Assembly: GCA_022711465.1 (NCBI GenBank)
Contig: JAKLEZ010000024.1
Coordinates: 17,938 to 81,937, forward strand
Origin: Planctomycetota bacterium
Lineage (GTDB): Bacteria > Planctomycetota > Phycisphaerae > UBA1845 > PWPN01
DNA length: 64,000 nt
Direction: 5' to 3'
The translations under genes and the position numbers were made by a program. Under the pieces are notes generated by a model, which saw only the letters and a list, made by a program, of their open reading frames with translations, was not told where the DNA came from and searched no databases. How positions within the stretch are numbered: the stretch's first letter is position 1; every line of letters begins with the position of its first letter. Below are positions 1-7,389 of this stretch, piece after piece.

Positions 1-68
1 GTCGACCCGAGCCGATAGTGATGTGAGGGTCGGAAGGCTCGCCGAATTGAGGGTGGACCTGGCTCAGG

Positions 69-1661
69 ATGTGGAAGCCAAGAATACTCATTGCCGAGGA
101 TAATCCGGATCACCAGCGGCTGCTCGAGCTGAGCCTGACCGGCACCGGTCAGGAGGTCGAGCTGTCCGTGGTTTCCTCCGGGGAGGATCTGCTCCGTCTG
201 ATCGCCAAGCGATCGTTCGATTGCCTGGTGCTGGACTTCAACCTGCCCGATCACCGGGCCGATCAGCTCCTGCCCTTGATCGCGGAACGCGGATGCGAAT
301 GCCCGGTGATCGTGGTGTCGAGCTCCCTCGGGCAGCAGGTCGTGGTCCAGAGCATGCGCTCGGGAAGCACCGATTTCGTCCCCAAGTCCGAGGCCATTCA
401 GGGAGACACCCTCTGGCGGCGCATCCAGGTGGCTCTGGACCGCAGACGCAGGCGAGCGCACCGTCAGCGTCAGATCGAACGCCGCGTCAAACGGCTGGCC
501 AAGCTGGCGGAGAGCGATCTGCTGACCGGCCTGTCCAACCGGCTTTACCTGCATCGCGTCCTCAACGGGCGACGCCACCACTTCGACCGCCGGGGCACCG
601 TCTGCGGCGTCATGCTCGACCTGGACCGATTCAAGGCCGTGAACGACACCTACGGCCACCTGTGCGGCGACATGGTGCTCCGCGAAATCGGTGGCGTGCT
701 GCGGGCCAGCGCCCGCCCGGATGACATCCTCTGCCGGTGGGGCGGAGAGGAGTTCCTGGTGGTCATGCCCCGGACGTCGCTGGGGACCTGCTGGCTGTGG
801 GCCGACCAGCTTCGTCGCACGATTCGTCAGCTTCGGCTCACCTGGTCGGGCACCCCGGTGCCGATGACCGTGAGTATCGGGGTCGCGGAGGCCCCGGCAA
901 ACTTCAGTCGCGAGGAACTGGTCGGCCGGGCGGATCAGGCCCTGTACATGGCCAAGTCGCGCGGTCGCGACCGGGTCTGCAGTTGGGCCATGGTGGTCCT
1001 CGAGCGATTGCTCGACGACGATGAGGTGCTGACCGCCGGCGACCTCCAGCAGCAGATTCAGACCATGGTGGCCAAGGCTGGTGACGCCCTGGGGCCGACC
1101 CAGCGTGACCATCTCCTCGCCCACTCCACGCGGGTGGCCACCCTCGCTCGACAGATCGGCGTTGAAATGGGTTTCAGCACCAAGGGATCGGATGCCTTGC
1201 GTCTCGCCGGCCTGTCCCATGACCTCGGCAAGTTCATCATTCCTGAGGACATTCTGGCCAAACCCTCGGCGCTCTCCGGCGAGGAATGGGCGCTGTGTGA
1301 ACAGCATTCCGTGATCGGGGCGGACATCTGCGGCTGCCTGGGCATGGGAGACGGCACCACCGAGCACATTCGCCATCATCACTGCCGCTACGACGCGAAC
1401 GGTCGATATCGCGGTCTGCGGAAGAACGAGGTTACCCTCGGTTCTCGGATCCTCGCGGCCGCCGACGCCTATGACGCCATGACTTCCTGGCGGTCCTATC
1501 AACCTGCCAGGTCGCCGCAGGATGCGATCCGCGAACTCCAGCGTGAGCGGGGGGGGCAGTTTCACCCGGATGTGGTCGATGCGGCTGTCCGCCTGCTGTC
1601 GCCGGGCGAGACCGCCGCCTCAGCCTCGCCGGCTCCGCTGGTCCAATCGCCGGGCAGCTAG
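69..1661 (+). CDS. Response-regulator receiver / GGDEF diguanylate cyclase / HD-GYP-type domain fusion (REC-GGDEF-HD)
   Basis: 530-aa ORF. REC domain (ILIAEDNPDHQ, acceptor Asp in DCLVLDFNLPD). GGDEF domain with intact GGEEF and an RxxD I-site 5 residues upstream (RPDDILCRWGGEEF). C-terminal HD domain (HDLGKF, HHHCRYDANGRYRGL, AADAYDAMTSWRSY) in which the GYP triplet reads GRY. Confidence 0.9.
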   Translation: MWKPRILIAEDNPDHQRLLELSLTGTGQEVELSVVSSGEDLLRLIAKRSFDCLVLDFNLPDHRADQLLPLIAERGCECPVIVVSSSLGQQVVVQSMRSGSTDFVPKSEAIQGDTLWRRIQVALDRRRRRAHRQRQIERRVKRLAKLAESDLLTGLSNRLYLHRVLNGRRHHFDRRGTVCGVMLDLDRFKAVNDTYGHLCGDMVLREIGGVLRASARPDDILCRWGGEEFLVVMPRTSLGTCWLWADQLRRTIRQLRLTWSGTPVPMTVSIGVAEAPANFSREELVGRADQALYMAKSRGRDRVCSWAMVVLERLLDDDEVLTAGDLQQQIQTMVAKAGDALGPTQRDHLLAHSTRVATLARQIGVEMGFSTKGSDALRLAGLSHDLGKFIIPEDILAKPSALSGEEWALCEQHSVIGADICGCLGMGDGTTEHIRHHHCRYDANGRYRGLRKNEVTLGSRILAAADAYDAMTSWRSYQPARSPQDAIRELQRERGGQFHPDVVDAAVRLLSPGETAASASPAPLVQSPGS

Positions 1662-1688
1662 GGACGCGGTTCGAAAGGGAGAACAGAA

Positions 1689-2030
1689 ATGAAACGGGAC
1701 CGCCGGCACGGCACCAGAATCGAAGACAGCCGGCGGCGGTCGGCTCGGATCGCAGACTGTCGGGCGGTCTGGTGGTCTCGAACCGGCGACCGTCGACCGC
1801 ATCACGGCTGGCTGGTGGACTGGTCAGCCCATGGGGTGGCCCTGGTCGTCGAGGCAAACGATTTGCCCGCGCCGGGAGAAAGCATCGTGCCCTGCCGGCG
1901 CCAGGACATTCGCGGCTGGCATCGGCCGGTGACCGTGACCCGCGTGGCCCCGTTGTCCGGCCTGCTGAGGCTGATCGCGGCCGAATACGCCTCCGCCGAG
2001 CCGAAGACCTGTCCGCACGGCTCATCCTGA
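1689..2030 (+). CDS. Small PilZ-domain protein (putative c-di-GMP receptor)
   Basis: 113-aa ORF with a strong RBS (aagggagaa) about 7 nt upstream of the ATG. RxxxR motif (RRRSAR) is followed about 25 aa later by DxSxxG (DWSAHG), the canonical PilZ c-di-GMP binding pair. It lies 28 nt downstream of the GGDEF gene. Confidence 0.6.
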   Translation: MKRDRRHGTRIEDSRRRSARIADCRAVWWSRTGDRRPHHGWLVDWSAHGVALVVEANDLPAPGESIVPCRRQDIRGWHRPVTVTRVAPLSGLLRLIAAEYASAEPKTCPHGSS

Positions 2031-2045
2031 CAGAAAGGACTGGTG

Positions 2046-2363
2046 ATGCGCGAGCGAAGATCGGACCATCGTGATCGCCGCAAAACCGTTCGCCGGGATG
2101 CCGTTGGCCGGATTCGCTGGCGGCGGATCGGAAGCGACTGGTACGCCGCCGGCTGGTTGAGCGATCGCTCACCGGCCGACTTGTCTTTCATCGCTTCTCG
2201 GACCAACGAGCCCTCGCCCGACGAGGAGATCGAACTCCGCACCCCGGATCGGGACCGCCAGTTCGCTCGCGTCACCCGCGTTGCCTCCTACGACGACGAA
2301 CTCTCCCTCGTCGCCTGCCGTGTGGTCCCGCGCCCCCAGGGGCCATCGGTGGGCCACCCGTAG
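2046..2363 (+). CDS. Small PilZ-like paralog with degenerate second motif
   Basis: About 105 aa. RBS gaaagga lies upstream of ATG 2046 (the ORF track starts at GTG 2043). RRKTVR motif is followed by DRSPAD (DxSxxD instead of DxSxxG). The C-terminal half (ARVTRVA...LSLVACRVV) parallels the preceding ORF (VTVTRVAPLSGLLRLIAAEY). Confidence 0.45.
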   Translation: MRERRSDHRDRRKTVRRDAVGRIRWRRIGSDWYAAGWLSDRSPADLSFIASRTNEPSPDEEIELRTPDRDRQFARVTRVASYDDELSLVACRVVPRPQGPSVGHP

Positions 2364-2759
2364 CTGACCTCCGATGCTCCCACTGGCGGACCGGTTCCTC
2401 CATCCCCCTCTCCGCCAAGGCCGGCCCTCTCCCTCCGCCGGGCTTGCGGAATAGTCAGGGGAAACTCCCATCGATCCTCAGCGGAAGACCTTCTCCGGGA
2501 CACCCGTCGTGTTATTCATCAGCCCACAACACGACCCGGGCCGCGCCAAGACCGCTAGCGCCCATGGCTTCGTTTCGCAGGCGGCCAGAGCGGCTTCAAG
2601 CCGCAGGTCCCGAATGGGTTCGTTTGGTCAGAACGAGAATGGTGGGAAAACCGCTCCCGTGGCGACCTGCGGCCGGGGGCACGTCCGCTGCTTACGTTCA
2701 GTTGCCGCCCCGCGTACAATAGAGGGCCTCCGGACGGGCGGGCGGCGGAAAGGAACGTC

Positions 2760-4010
2760 ATGGGCAAGCCGTTTTGCACCATCGCTGAAGCCCTGGCCGA
2801 GCTGAAGGCCGGGCGGTTCATCGTTCTCGTAGACGACGAGCACCGCGAGAACGAGGGAGACTTGGTCTGCGCCGCCGAGTGCATCACCCCGGAAATGGTC
2901 AATTTCATGTTGATCCACGCCCGAGGGGTGCTGTGTGTGGCTTTGCCGCGCAACCGATGTCGAGAACTCGACTTACAGCCACAAGCGGTCGAAAACACCG
3001 CGGCCCTCCAGACCGCCTTCACGGTGACCATCGATGCCCAGGGTCGTTTCGGCGTGACCACCGGCGTGTCCGCCAAGGACCGGTGCACCACGATTCGACG
3101 CCTGGCCTGCCTGGAAGCTATGGCCGATGACTTCGCCCGGCCCGGGCACATCAACCCCCTGATGGCTCGCGACGGCGGGGTGCTGGTCCGCGCCGGCCAG
3201 ACCGAAGGAACGGTCGATCTGCTTCGCCTGGCCGGAATGCAGCCGGTCGGAGCCCTGATCGAAATCATGAACGACGACGGGACCATGGCCCGGGTGCCCG
3301 ACCTGATCCGTTTCTGCGAGCGGCACGGCATCCGGATGTGCACCAACGCCGACCTCATCGAATACCGCCAGCAGCGCGAATCGCTCATCCAACGGGTCGA
3401 GGTGGTGCAGATGCCCACCCGGTACGGCCGCTTCAAGCTTCATGCCTACAAGTCGCTGGTCGATCCCGAACTGCACCTCGCCCTGTGTTGCGGAAGCGTC
3501 GGCGAACCGGACGACCAGGGGCAGGTGATCCAGCATCACGATCCCATCCTCGTGCGGGTGCACTCCGAGTGCTTCACCGGAGACGTATTCGGCTCGCAGC
3601 GCTGCGACTGCGGCGAACAGCTTCGCGACGCCATGACCATGATCCAGGCCGCCGGCAAGGGCGCGATCGTATACCTCCGTCAGGAGGGTCGAGGTATCGG
3701 GCTGCACAACAAGCTCCGAGCCTACCATCTGCAGGAGAACGGCTTCGACACCGTCGAGGCCAACGAGGAACTGGGTTTTCCGGCCGACAAGCGCGATTAT
3801 GGCATCGGGGCCCAGATCATCCGCGACCTCGGCCTGCGCAATATTCGCGTGTTGACCAACAACCCCAAGAAGATCAGCCGACTGTCGGTCTACGGCCTCA
3901 ACGTCGTCGAGCAGATACCGATCCGCATACCGCCTAATGATGCCAACCGCGCCTACTTACGGACCAAGCGGGAGAAGATGGGTCACCTGCTCGACGCCGA
4001 CGAGACCTGA
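2760..4010 (+). CDS. ribBA: Bifunctional 3,4-dihydroxy-2-butanone-4-phosphate synthase / GTP cyclohydrolase II
   Basis: 416 aa. DHBP synthase N-terminal half (VDDEHRENEGDLVCAAE, GHINPL, RAGQTEG) and GTP cyclohydrolase II C-terminal half (VRVHSECFTGDVFGSQRCDCGEQL, YLRQEGRGIGL, NNPKK). RBS ggaaaggaa. Confidence 0.95.
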   Translation: MGKPFCTIAEALAELKAGRFIVLVDDEHRENEGDLVCAAECITPEMVNFMLIHARGVLCVALPRNRCRELDLQPQAVENTAALQTAFTVTIDAQGRFGVTTGVSAKDRCTTIRRLACLEAMADDFARPGHINPLMARDGGVLVRAGQTEGTVDLLRLAGMQPVGALIEIMNDDGTMARVPDLIRFCERHGIRMCTNADLIEYRQQRESLIQRVEVVQMPTRYGRFKLHAYKSLVDPELHLALCCGSVGEPDDQGQVIQHHDPILVRVHSECFTGDVFGSQRCDCGEQLRDAMTMIQAAGKGAIVYLRQEGRGIGLHNKLRAYHLQENGFDTVEANEELGFPADKRDYGIGAQIIRDLGLRNIRVLTNNPKKISRLSVYGLNVVEQIPIRIPPNDANRAYLRTKREKMGHLLDADET

Positions 4011-4135
4011 TCGCCGCGTATCCGTCAAGTTGGAGGATTCTACAGATCAGGCGGCAACAAGCCGGCTTTCGGTTTCCGGCTGACTGCCGATCGCTGAGAA
4101 GCTGAAAGCTGACCGCTGAAAGCCGATGGCTCCCT

Positions 4136-5170
4136 ATGCTTCCTTCCATCGCCCGAATCATCGATGCCAATTTCAACCGGGCCCGCGAGGCCCTGCGGGT
4201 GATGGAGGACTATGCACGGTTCGTGCTCGACGACCCGGCCGGTTGTGAGAGTCTCAAGCGTTTCCGGCATGAGCTGGCCGCGATTCTGAAGCGATTCCCG
4301 GCCGAGGAGCTGCTCGTCGCCCGTGATACACCCGGCGATGTCGGAACTCAGATCACCACCGCGGCCGAGCGCGAACGCGATGACGCCCAGAGTGTCTGCG
4401 TCGCCGCCGCCAAGCGTCTGCCCGAGGCCCTGCGGACAATCGAGGAATACGCCAAGACGGTGGACACCGACCTGGCGGCCGCGGTCGAGGCCCTGCGCTA
4501 CCGATCGTATTCCCTCGAGCAGCAGCTGCTCCTTCGCGGCGAGCGATCCGGTCGGTTCGCCAGAGTGCGGCTCTACGTGATCGTGACGGCATCGCTCTGC
4601 CGCAAGGACTGGTTCGATACCGCCGCCGATGTGGTCGCCTCTGGCGCCGGTTGCCTGCAGCTTCGCGAGAAGGACCTCGAGAGCGGCGAGCTCGTGCAGC
4701 GCGCACGGCGCCTGGCTTCGTTCTGCCGCGAGCACGGAACGATCTTCATCGTGAATGACCGTCCGGATGTAGCCGCTCTCTCCGACGCCGACGGCGTCCA
4801 CATCGGCCAGACGGACATGTCCGTGGCCGATGCCCGGCGGATCGTCGGGCCGCGCCGCCTGATCGGCAAGAGCACCCACACCCCTGAGCAGTTGCATGCC
4901 GCCCTTGCCGAAGGTCCGGACTACGTGGCCGTCGGCCCGATGTTCCCGTCCACGACCAAGCCCCAGGATCACGTCCCCGGCCCACCGTTGCTCGAGCTGG
5001 CCGGGCATCAAACCACCATGCCGGTTGTGGCCATCGGCGGGATCACCCTCGGCAACGTGGATCAGTTGAGAGCCGCTGGGGGCAAGTGCATCTGCGTGTG
5101 CTCTGCCGTGATCAGTGATCCCGATCCCCGTACAGCGGCAGAACGGTTCCTGCCTGCAAAGCAGGTCTAG
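4136..5170 (+). CDS. thiE: Thiamine-phosphate synthase with N-terminal extension domain
   Basis: 344 aa. C-terminal ThiE core (LYVIVT, LQLREKD, IVNDRPDVA, GVHIGQTD, GKSTH, DYVAVGPMFPSTTK, VVAIGGI). The N-terminal ~130 aa (IIDANFNRAREALRVMEDYARF) is the extension seen on long ThiE forms. Confidence 0.85.
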   Translation: MLPSIARIIDANFNRAREALRVMEDYARFVLDDPAGCESLKRFRHELAAILKRFPAEELLVARDTPGDVGTQITTAAERERDDAQSVCVAAAKRLPEALRTIEEYAKTVDTDLAAAVEALRYRSYSLEQQLLLRGERSGRFARVRLYVIVTASLCRKDWFDTAADVVASGAGCLQLREKDLESGELVQRARRLASFCREHGTIFIVNDRPDVAALSDADGVHIGQTDMSVADARRIVGPRRLIGKSTHTPEQLHAALAEGPDYVAVGPMFPSTTKPQDHVPGPPLLELAGHQTTMPVVAIGGITLGNVDQLRAAGGKCICVCSAVISDPDPRTAAERFLPAKQV

Positions 5171-5445
5171 GGTCGGGCCGGCGAGATGGAACTTCGATGT
5201 GCGCGGCCGCGCTGTCCACTGGCCCTCTCCACGTTGGACACGGCCGTTCCAGGACAAGATGAGCGACAGCGATGTCGAGAAGAACAGCGGTGGGGAATAG
5301 CGGTCCGACACCGAAACGCGGAGGCGTCTGGGCGGAAGTTCGTGATTCAGGCTCGTGCGGGTACGCCCACCCTGGACATCGCGGGTCGTCCATCTTGGCG
5401 GTCTGCTTCGTGGCTCGCCGTATCAGGCTTGTTGTTAGACTGCGA

Positions 5446-6852
5446 TTACTCCTTGCCCTTACCGTACCGCTTCTCAGCGATGCGCTTGGCGAGGCCGGCC
5501 AGATAGAAGGAGCCGGTGATGCAGATCAGGTCCTCGCGGGTGACGGCCCGCTCGGCGATCTCGAGGGCGTCCTCGAGCCGCTCGGCCACCTGGGCCATCT
5601 TGCCGCTCCGCTCCATGTACTCGGCGGCGAGTTCGGCCGGATCGCAGGAACGCGGCGATCCCGTCGTGGTGAAAATGACCTTGTCGGCACCCAGTTGGAT
5701 GTGGTTGAGCATCCCGTTGACGTCCTTGTCGGAGCGGCAGCCGAAGATGACCACCATCGAATCGTAAGTGATGTTCTGGCCGATGGCTCGCATCAGGGCC
5801 TCGACGCTGGCCGCGTTGTGGGCGCCGTCGATGAGAATGCGCGGCTGCTCGTGAATGATCTCCATCCGGCCGGGCAGCCGGGTCTTGGCCAGGCCCTGAA
5901 TCGCCTTCTGGTCGTCGATCTGGAAACCGCGTTCCTTGAGAATGGCCATGAGGCTCAAGGCCAGCCCGCAGTTGATGGCCTGGTGGTCGCCGGGCATGGG
6001 CACGGCCAGATGCTCGAACCGGCTGTTGCCGGTGGACAGGCTCACCCGGGTGTGGGGGCCAAGTGCCCGCGACGACTCGAACCGATAGCTGAACTCGATC
6101 TCCTTGCCGGTGAACAGCAGGGGGGCCTTGACCTTCTCGGCGGCCTTGGCCAGCACCATGCGAACGCCCTTGGGCTGTGGGCTGCTGACCACCGGTACGC
6201 CGGGCTTGAAGATCCCGGCCTTCTCCTCGGCGATCGCTTCAAGCGTCCCGCCGAGTTGGGACATGTGGTCGTAGCTGATGCTGGTGATCCCGCAGACCTC
6301 AGGCTTCAGCACGTTGGTCGAGTCGAGTCGCCCACCGAGTCCCGCCTCGATCACCGCGATGTCCACCTCCTGGTCGATGAAGTACTGAAACGCAACCGCG
6401 GTCATGATCTCGAAGAAGGTGGGCTCGTCCTTGGTCTGCTTGCGGACGATCGGGGCGATCCGGGCGATCAGCCGAGTCATCTCGGACTCCGGGATCATCT
6501 CGCCGTTGATCTGAATCCGCTCGCGGAGATCGACGAGATGCGGCGAGGTGTAAAGGCCGACCTTCAGTCCCGCGTTGGCCAGCATCGAGGACAGCATGGC
6601 CGCCGTCGAGCCCTTGCCCTTGGTCCCGGCAATGTGTACGCTTCGCAGCTTCTTGTGCGGGTTGCCCAGGCTGGTCAGCAGCCGGTTCATCCGGGAGAGA
6701 TTGAACGTGGTGGTGTTGTAGCCGACCCGAGCCATTTTCTCGTAGTCGGTGGCCGTATTGAGGAAACTGATCGCCGCTTCGTACGTTCGAATGGCCGCAG
6801 GTGCGCGCTTCCGCGCTTCGATGCGGGAGTTGACGGAGAGTGTTTGTGCCAT
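5446..6852 (-). CDS. folC: Folylpolyglutamate synthase / dihydrofolate synthase
   Basis: 468 aa. Mur-ligase P-loop (HIAGTKGKGST), YTSPHL, IAVIEAGLGGRLDSTN, SISYDH. Overall length and order are typical of FolC. Confidence 0.9.
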   Translation of the reverse strand: MAQTLSVNSRIEARKRAPAAIRTYEAAISFLNTATDYEKMARVGYNTTTFNLSRMNRLLTSLGNPHKKLRSVHIAGTKGKGSTAAMLSSMLANAGLKVGLYTSPHLVDLRERIQINGEMIPESEMTRLIARIAPIVRKQTKDEPTFFEIMTAVAFQYFIDQEVDIAVIEAGLGGRLDSTNVLKPEVCGITSISYDHMSQLGGTLEAIAEEKAGIFKPGVPVVSSPQPKGVRMVLAKAAEKVKAPLLFTGKEIEFSYRFESSRALGPHTRVSLSTGNSRFEHLAVPMPGDHQAINCGLALSLMAILKERGFQIDDQKAIQGLAKTRLPGRMEIIHEQPRILIDGAHNAASVEALMRAIGQNITYDSMVVIFGCRSDKDVNGMLNHIQLGADKVIFTTTGSPRSCDPAELAAEYMERSGKMAQVAERLEDALEIAERAVTREDLICITGSFYLAGLAKRIAEKRYGKGKE

Positions 6853-7389
6853 CTAGCGGTATCCTGCCTAACGGCCTGCCCATTGTGGGCCGGCCATGCG
6901 GGCCCTTTGCGCACGGGTTCCGTCCGCCTGCCAGCGCCAAAGGTGCGGAACCCTACAAGACCCCCCAGCCGGCCATATCCGGCTGTGAGGAATGACCTTA
7001 CCAAAAACGGCCGCGGATTTCAAGCCCAATCTCGAGGGAAGCCTCACGCCCAACATATGGGGTACGTCCGGCTTTGCGGTACTATATCTAGGGGGTGTCG
7101 AAGGAAGTCGGTCTTCGCCGGCCGTGTGTTCGCTGGAGGCTGGGGTAGAGTTCTTGGATTGCATGAGGCAATATGTTACCGTTAGGCACGCGAACGGGGT
7201 GAGAGGTGACGCGTGCGTGTAGCTGGTTTTGGGGCTTCCGAGCCGTTGGGGCGCGCCCGCCGGCTGGTTTCGTTCGTCTGAGGAAGCAGGAAACGCTTAA
7301 AATCCTGCGACGTCTGGCCGAATAGTCTGTATTACAGGTGAGCGGAAACACCACTCCTCGGTCCTGACGCTGAGTCCAAGGGAGTCTCG

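Noticed and set aside
4011-4135. Possible TPP riboswitch or terminator between ribBA and thiE
   Set aside because: A CTGAGA box (gctgaga near 4101-4107) and a hairpin AGCCGG-N10-CCGGCT (4060-4081) are present. The GGGGTGC element, the ACCTGATCTGGnTAATnCCAGCG pyrimidine-sensor helix and the correct spacing are absent. The hairpin lacks a U-tract. This is worth a cmsearch (RF00059), but I do not call it.
5272-7185. 637-aa plus-strand ORF covering the folC locus
   Set aside because: It runs antisense to a gene with unmistakable FolC motifs. Its translation is Gly/Arg/Ala/Val-rich low complexity with no motifs, which is the typical shadow ORF of GC-rich DNA.
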